A stretch of 11,022 bases of DNA, from assembly GCA_022571635.1 (NCBI GenBank), contig JACZXL010000115.1, positions 1 to 11,022 of the forward strand, given 5' to 3'. Numbering within the stretch: the stretch's first letter is position 1; every line of letters starts with the position of its first letter. A program made the position numbers and the translations under genes. Of this stretch, positions 7,507 to 11,022 are shown one piece after another. The stretch is from Planctomycetota bacterium (GTDB taxonomy: Bacteria > Planctomycetota > Phycisphaerae > Phycisphaerales > SM1A02). The notes beneath the pieces are model-generated. The model was not told the origin of the DNA, did not search any database, and saw only the letters and a program-made list of their open reading frames with translations.

Positions 7507-9177
7507 CTACGGGCAGGGTCCCCAGTTGCCCAGCAAGCTGAGCAGATCCTTCACGCCAACGTCGCCATCGTCGTCGAAGTCAGGCGGACCGCCTGGGTTG
7601 GTGCCCCATTGCCCAAGCAACCGGAGTAGGTCGGACACGCCGACGGCGCCGTCGTCGTCCATATCCCACGGGCAAGGCGTGGCCATCTTCAAGGCTAGAA
7701 CAACGGCTTCGAAGACATCGACCCGGCCGGCGCCAAAGCTATTGTCGTTTCCGGGGGCGCCAAGGTCAACGGCGGTCAGCTGAAGAACCTCCTTGACCTG
7801 GGCGGGATCAAGGTCGGGGTTCGCCTGAAGGATCAATGCGACGGCCCCGGCAACATGTGGCGTCGACATGGACGTGCCGCTCTTCGTCGTGTAGCCGACG
7901 CAGTTGTTGGAGGTGGAGATCGTGCTCACGCCGGGCGCGGAAATGGTCGGTTTAATGCAACCTGGCGGGTAGAGGCAATCATTCCACGGAGGTATGTTCT
8001 GCCAAGTCACCGGCCCACAACTACTGAAGCTGGCCAAGTTGTCACCGCAATCGGTTGCCCCGACCGTGATGATCGCCGGCACATCGCCGGGTGTGCGAAT
8101 CTCGTCCGGCGGAATGCTGCAGCCTTCGTTGCCGGCTGCGTAGATCACAACCGTGCCCGCCGCGATCGTGTTCTCGCAAACAGTCCGCCACATCGGGCGG
8201 TCGGGGTTCCAAGCATGTAGCCAGCCAATGCTCGCCGTGATGACGTCGGCCTCATTGTCCACGGCATACTGCATCGCCTCCCAGATCATGCTCTCAGCTG
8301 AGAGACTAAATGAGATCCTCAGGATCATCATTGAGACGTCCGGGGCCATGCCGGTGGTCGTCCCGTTCGTTCCGTCACCCGCCACGGTGCCGGTGGTATG
8401 GGTGCCGTGTCCGTTTGAATCACTAACATTGTTATCGTTGCCCCAGAAATCCCAGCCCACCATGTCATCGATGTAGCCGTTGTTATCGTCGTCGATGCCG
8501 TTGTTGGGGATCTCGTCGACGTTGTCCCAGATCTGGTTGGCCAGATCAGGATGCGTAAGGCAGGCGCCCGAATCGATGATGCCGACGACAACACCCTCGC
8601 CGGTGATCCCCAGATCGTTCCAAACCTCCGGTGCTCGCATGACGTTGACGCCGCATTCGATGGGGTTGACGCTCTGAAGGGGCCCGCCACCGCCCAGAAC
8701 CGGCTCTTTATCGGGTGGCTCGACCGGGAAGATTTCCAAGCCCCGTAGTTGATCGGAACTGATCCACGCCACGTCGGCGCGCTGAGCGATACGTCCAATC
8801 GCCCCGGCGGTAGCCTGCGTCGCCACGGCGTTGTGAATCCACAGTGGTCGAACGCGCGCTCCCACTTCGCCCGCCTTCTGCTCGGCAGCCAGCTGATTCA
8901 ATAAACCTTGCTGGGAGAACCGGGCTTGGTGCTTGAGAAGAGCGATCACGCCGGCACGGCGCATCTGTTTGTTGTTGATACTACTCGCCTGCGCTAGATC
9001 GCCCGGGGCGACCTGATCCTGCATCACGATGACGATGCGAATCAGCTCGCCGGGCTCGGCGGCACCCATGATCCGGGCGAGTTCGCCGCGAAGCTTCGGC
9101 TCAGGACCCGCCCCGAGCAAAGCTGAACACACACTCCCCATCACAATCAATAAGGCCAGCCCAAATACAGTACGCAT
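7507..9177 (-). CDS. secreted subtilisin-like S8 peptidase with I9 propeptide and C-terminal dockerin-like repeat pair (paralog 2)
   Basis: VGIIDSG, HGTHTTG, GTSMSTPH, AAGNEG. Start reassigned to ATG at 9177 (MRTVFGLALLIVMGSVCSALLGA) with AAGGAG 9 nt upstream. C-terminus CPWDMDDDGAVGVSDLLRLLGQW...DFDDDGDVGVKDLLSLLGNWGPCP. About 85% identical to paralog 1 over the catalytic domain by eye, less in the propeptide. Confidence 0.9.
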   Translation of the reverse strand: MRTVFGLALLIVMGSVCSALLGAGPEPKLRGELARIMGAAEPGELIRIVIVMQDQVAPGDLAQASSINNKQMRRAGVIALLKHQARFSQQGLLNQLAAEQKAGEVGARVRPLWIHNAVATQATAGAIGRIAQRADVAWISSDQLRGLEIFPVEPPDKEPVLGGGGPLQSVNPIECGVNVMRAPEVWNDLGITGEGVVVGIIDSGACLTHPDLANQIWDNVDEIPNNGIDDDNNGYIDDMVGWDFWGNDNNVSDSNGHGTHTTGTVAGDGTNGTTTGMAPDVSMMILRISFSLSAESMIWEAMQYAVDNEADVITASIGWLHAWNPDRPMWRTVCENTIAAGTVVIYAAGNEGCSIPPDEIRTPGDVPAIITVGATDCGDNLASFSSCGPVTWQNIPPWNDCLYPPGCIKPTISAPGVSTISTSNNCVGYTTKSGTSMSTPHVAGAVALILQANPDLDPAQVKEVLQLTAVDLGAPGNDNSFGAGRVDVFEAVVLALKMATPCPWDMDDDGAVGVSDLLRLLGQWGTNPGGPPDFDDDGDVGVKDLLSLLGNWGPCP

Positions 9178-9238
9178 TACCGGGATCTCCTTGGAAGGGA
9201 AATTGTTTGGGTCGGTCTCGGCCCGTGGCGTGGCTACT

Positions 9239-9246
9239 AATATACA
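9239..9246 (-). promoter_or_regulatory. candidate -10 element TGTATATT (minus strand) for S8 paralog 2
   Basis: Same conserved motif and spacing to the start codon as upstream of paralog 1. See feature 7345-7352. Confidence 0.3.
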
Positions 9247-9268
9247 GGATGGGTCCGCCCGGGTGACC

Positions 9269-9292
9269 AAAAAACCCGCCAGGGTGGCCGGG
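9269..9292 (-). terminator. candidate terminator downstream of tRNA-Arg: imperfect GC hairpin CCCGGCCACCCUGGCGGG followed by U6 on the minus-strand transcript
   Basis: Plus strand AAAAAA(9269-9274)CCCGCCAGGGTGGCCGGG. About 6 bp stem with one bulge and a 5-nt loop, about 85 nt past the tRNA 3' end. Confidence 0.4.
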
Positions 9293-9374
9293 AAATCTCG
9301 GCCTCTGAGCACCACCCGGGGATGTCTGCACCCTCACCCGAGACCTCAACAGGCCCGTTGGAAGCCGAGGCAAG

Positions 9375-9448
9375 CATCCGCGACAGGGCTCGAACCTGTG
9401 ACCTTCGGCTTCGGAGGCCGACGCTCTATCCAACTGAGCTACGCGGAC
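9375..9448 (-). tRNA. tRNA-Arg (anticodon CCG), 74 nt, CCA not encoded
   Basis: Reverse complement reads GTCCGCG-TA-GCTC-AGTTGGAT-AGAGC-G-TCGGC-CTCCGAA-GCCGA-AGGTC-ACAGG-TTCGAGC-CCTGT-CGCGGAT-G. 7-bp acceptor (G1-U72 wobble), D arm with A14 and G18G19, anticodon loop C-U-CCG-A-A, T loop GGTTCGAGCC. The plus-strand ORFs 9029..9502 and 9322..9519 (peptide GLEPVTFGFGGRRSIQLSYA) are the classic antisense translation of a tRNA. Confidence 0.85.
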
Positions 9449-10149
9449 AAGCTACGTTTCCAGCCCGTCAGGGCTGTTTTATTATCGCCGTTGTCGTGCT
9501 GATTGTCAATTATGCCTAGATTTATGTCCCCCCCTATTGCCGTGGGGGCAAGACCCGAGTCGGCCAGCCCTCGGCGGATATCGTCGGCGTCCCGGTCGCT
9601 TGGGGAAGTGTAGAACCGCATGGTGGTGGCGATGTCGGAATGTCCCGCCGCCCGTTGTAGCTGATCGGGTGATAGGTGATGCTTCATATGCTGGCACCAT
9701 GTATCGCGCCAATCGTGAATCGTGCCCCGTCGCCAGGGGACTTCATCGAGGGGCTGGTCAGTCTGATCGGCGAGATATTGTCGGGCGAGTCGTTGGATAC
9801 GCTGGTGAGTCTTGCCGATGTTATTGACGACCTCAAAGCCAGCTCGAAGGGTACCTTCTTTCGCACGACGCGGGGCTTCCGCACATTCGGGATGAGCCTC
9901 GGGCACGATGCCCCTACAACTCATACCGGCCAATACCTTGTCCTGCTCGTTACGCCAATCTAGTCCGTCGTCGGCGAGTTGTCGGAAACGCTTGATAACT
10001 TCGGGTTTGGAATAATCGGTCGTTTTTCTGGCCATCGTCTTGTTCACTTTCGCGGCGTTGGTTGCCAATCGGAAAACTCGGAAAACGCGGTAGGGAAGTC
10101 GAGACGGGCTTGGTCGAACGGTATCCGTTTTTCTTGAACCAACTGCCAA
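9439..10149 (-). CDS. tyrosine recombinase / phage-type integrase catalytic domain. Its stop codon lies inside tRNA-Arg nt 8-10. It may be frameshifted or truncated at the N-terminus.
   Basis: ...RGTIHDWRDTWCQHMKHHLSPDQLQRAAGHSDIATTMRFYTS gives box II H-x-x-R (HDWR), the G-H, the T-T pair and the Tyr nucleophile with canonical 35-residue H-to-Y spacing. A candidate box I Arg (ARKTTD) lies about 104 residues upstream. The ORF opens with TTG, and its frame has a stop only 14 codons further upstream, so a normal N-terminal domain cannot be in this frame. A 56-residue low-complexity tail follows the Tyr. Third codon positions are visibly less G/C-rich than in the neighbouring host genes. Confidence 0.75.
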   Translation of the reverse strand: MAVGSRKTDTVRPSPSRLPYRVFRVFRLATNAAKVNKTMARKTTDYSKPEVIKRFRQLADDGLDWRNEQDKVLAGMSCRGIVPEAHPECAEAPRRAKEGTLRAGFEVVNNIGKTHQRIQRLARQYLADQTDQPLDEVPWRRGTIHDWRDTWCQHMKHHLSPDQLQRAAGHSDIATTMRFYTSPSDRDADDIRRGLADSGLAPTAIGGDINLGIIDNQHDNGDNKTALTGWKRSLSA

Positions 10150-10559
10150 GCAGCCGCAGCCTGATCCGCCGAAGCCCGAAGCCGGACACGCTTAGACTCT
10201 AGCCGTACCAGCTCAGCGTCAAGTATCGTCGGGTCATTGGCGTACCGTTGGCGGAGATGCCCTTGCTGTTTCGGAAGGGCTGTATCAAACTCATCGGCGA
10301 GTCTGGTTGTCCCGACAAATCGAGTATGGGCCTCGGACATCGCCTTGTTGCCTACTTCGGGAGCAAGCAATAACGCACTAGAGATATCAGCCAGGGCGTC
10401 GGCCAGGAATCCCGCAGAAACGCTCATAGAGCAACAAGGAGTCATTTTCTCGATGATCGTGTCGTGGTCGAGCCCTTCGTCGATCAACTCGCGGAGTCGC
10501 ACGACGAAATTGCTTCGGTCGAGTTGTCGAGGTCGAGTTTCCGTCGCCATACTTCGCAT
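10044..10559 (-). CDS. hypothetical protein. Possibly the displaced N-terminal (DNA-binding) portion of the integrase in a different frame, or a separate small element gene.
   Basis: 171-aa ORF with ATG start, overlapping the integrase ORF by 106 nt in another frame. Codon third positions are moderate in G/C like the integrase ORF. No motif recognised with confidence. Confidence 0.35.
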   Translation of the reverse strand: MRSMATETRPRQLDRSNFVVRLRELIDEGLDHDTIIEKMTPCCSMSVSAGFLADALADISSALLLAPEVGNKAMSEAHTRFVGTTRLADEFDTALPKQQGHLRQRYANDPTILDAELVRLESKRVRLRASADQAAAAWQLVQEKRIPFDQARLDFPTAFSEFSDWQPTPRK

Positions 10560-11022
10560 CCTTGCGTGTCGCGCTCATCCGTGAGCCCAAAGCCACCGCC
10601 GAACAGTTCCGGAGAACTGTCGGCCACGCAATGGTCCGGCGGTGGGGAGGAGATCACAGTCGGGCGTGCGTGGCCGAGCAGCTAATCCTCATCCGTACTA
10701 TACCGACAAACAAGCGATCCGTGGGCGGCTATTTCCGTTTTCCTTCGATATTGTGTAGCGGCGTCGCCTCGCGTTATCGTTATGTCGCTAGCACAATAGG
10801 GGAACCCGCGGGTGCCCCCCACGCTCCATGTTCAACCCAAAGGTATGGGTTTCCATTCCACTGCGAACCATGCTTCACAAGCCGAGGTCAGGAATCAGGG
10901 TCGTAACGTAACGGCGGCCCCAGTTTCTACGAGAAGGGGGCCGACCCCTACCCCTCGCATATAGGACCGGGGGGGTCTGGCACACATCTCGGGCCGCTCC
11001 GGTCCCGCGAACGCCCAAATTG

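Larger units (their letters stand above)
5568..9270 (-). repeat. tandem duplication: two ~1.8-kb units, each promoter + leader + S8-dockerin peptidase gene
   Basis: Paralogous genes 5568..7280 and 7507..9177, conserved TGTATATT...AAGGAGATC upstream segments, and near-identical 3' dockerin-coding DNA (5568-5870 versus 7507-7810, roughly nine of ten bases identical by eye). Confidence 0.6.
9375..11022. mobile_element. putative edge or remnant of an integrative element (integrase + tRNA junction), extent unknown
   Basis: Tyrosine recombinase abutting tRNA-Arg. Lower third-position G/C than flanking host genes. Split integrase reading frame. Apparently non-coding, lower-GC DNA at 10600-11022. 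Confidence 0.3.

Noticed and set aside
9029-9519. Plus-strand ORFs 9029..9502 and 9322..9519 (157 and 65 aa)
   Set aside because: They cross the tRNA-Arg gene and the S8 promoter/leader. The peptide GLEPVTFGFGGRRSIQLSYA is the well-known spurious translation of a tRNA antisense strand.
10562-10906. 114-aa plus-strand ORF near the right edge
   Set aside because: Mixed composition with no start context or motif. The region looks non-coding with lower GC.
10912-10943. 7-bp GC stem CGGCCCC ... GGGGCCG with 15-nt loop near the right edge
   Set aside because: No U-tract on either side and no flanking gene context to interpret it. Noted only as a possible structured non-coding element.
1-11022. 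CRISPR arrays, rRNA, IS or transposase genes
   Set aside because: No regularly spaced direct repeats, no rRNA-like conserved stretches, and no DDE-transposase-like ORF or terminal inverted repeats were seen.

Overview
High-GC bacterial chromosomal segment with eight protein-coding genes, one tRNA and one integrase locus; no CRISPR array, rRNA or IS transposase was seen. On the minus strand, from the left edge: the N-terminal part of an EPSP synthase (aroA, not in the ORF track because it runs off the edge), a small cupin-2 protein, a Tat-signal sulfite-oxidase-family molybdoenzyme, and a PLP-dependent cystathionine gamma-synthase / beta-lyase family enzyme. A roughly 370-nt divergent intergenic region holds a sigma70-like promoter and a perfect inverted repeat. 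It is followed on the plus strand by a YqiK/flotillin-like SPFH membrane protein, which ends at a clean bidirectional rho-independent terminator. Two tandem paralogous secreted S8 subtilases converge on that terminator. Each has an I9 propeptide and a cysteine-bracketed pair of dockerin-like calcium-binding repeats at the C-terminus, and both share a conserved promoter and leader. Upstream of them on the same strand lies tRNA-Arg(CCG). Its 5' end is overlapped by the stop codon of a tyrosine-recombinase catalytic ORF with a full HxxR...GH...Y motif set. That ORF is lower in G/C at codon third positions and its N-terminal part appears to sit in another frame. This integrase/tRNA junction marks the edge or remnant of an integrative element; its orientation is atypical. 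The long ORFs antisense to the real genes are high-GC shadow ORFs. The 3' dockerin segments of the two subtilases are nearly identical at the DNA level. Paralog 2 carries a short low-GC replacement patch that coincides with the predicted substrate-binding loop. The strongest leads are the integrase/tRNA junction, the tandem dockerin-subtilase duplication with its substrate-loop patch, and a possible sulfur-metabolism grouping (cupin, sulfite-oxidase-family enzyme, CGS-family enzyme).
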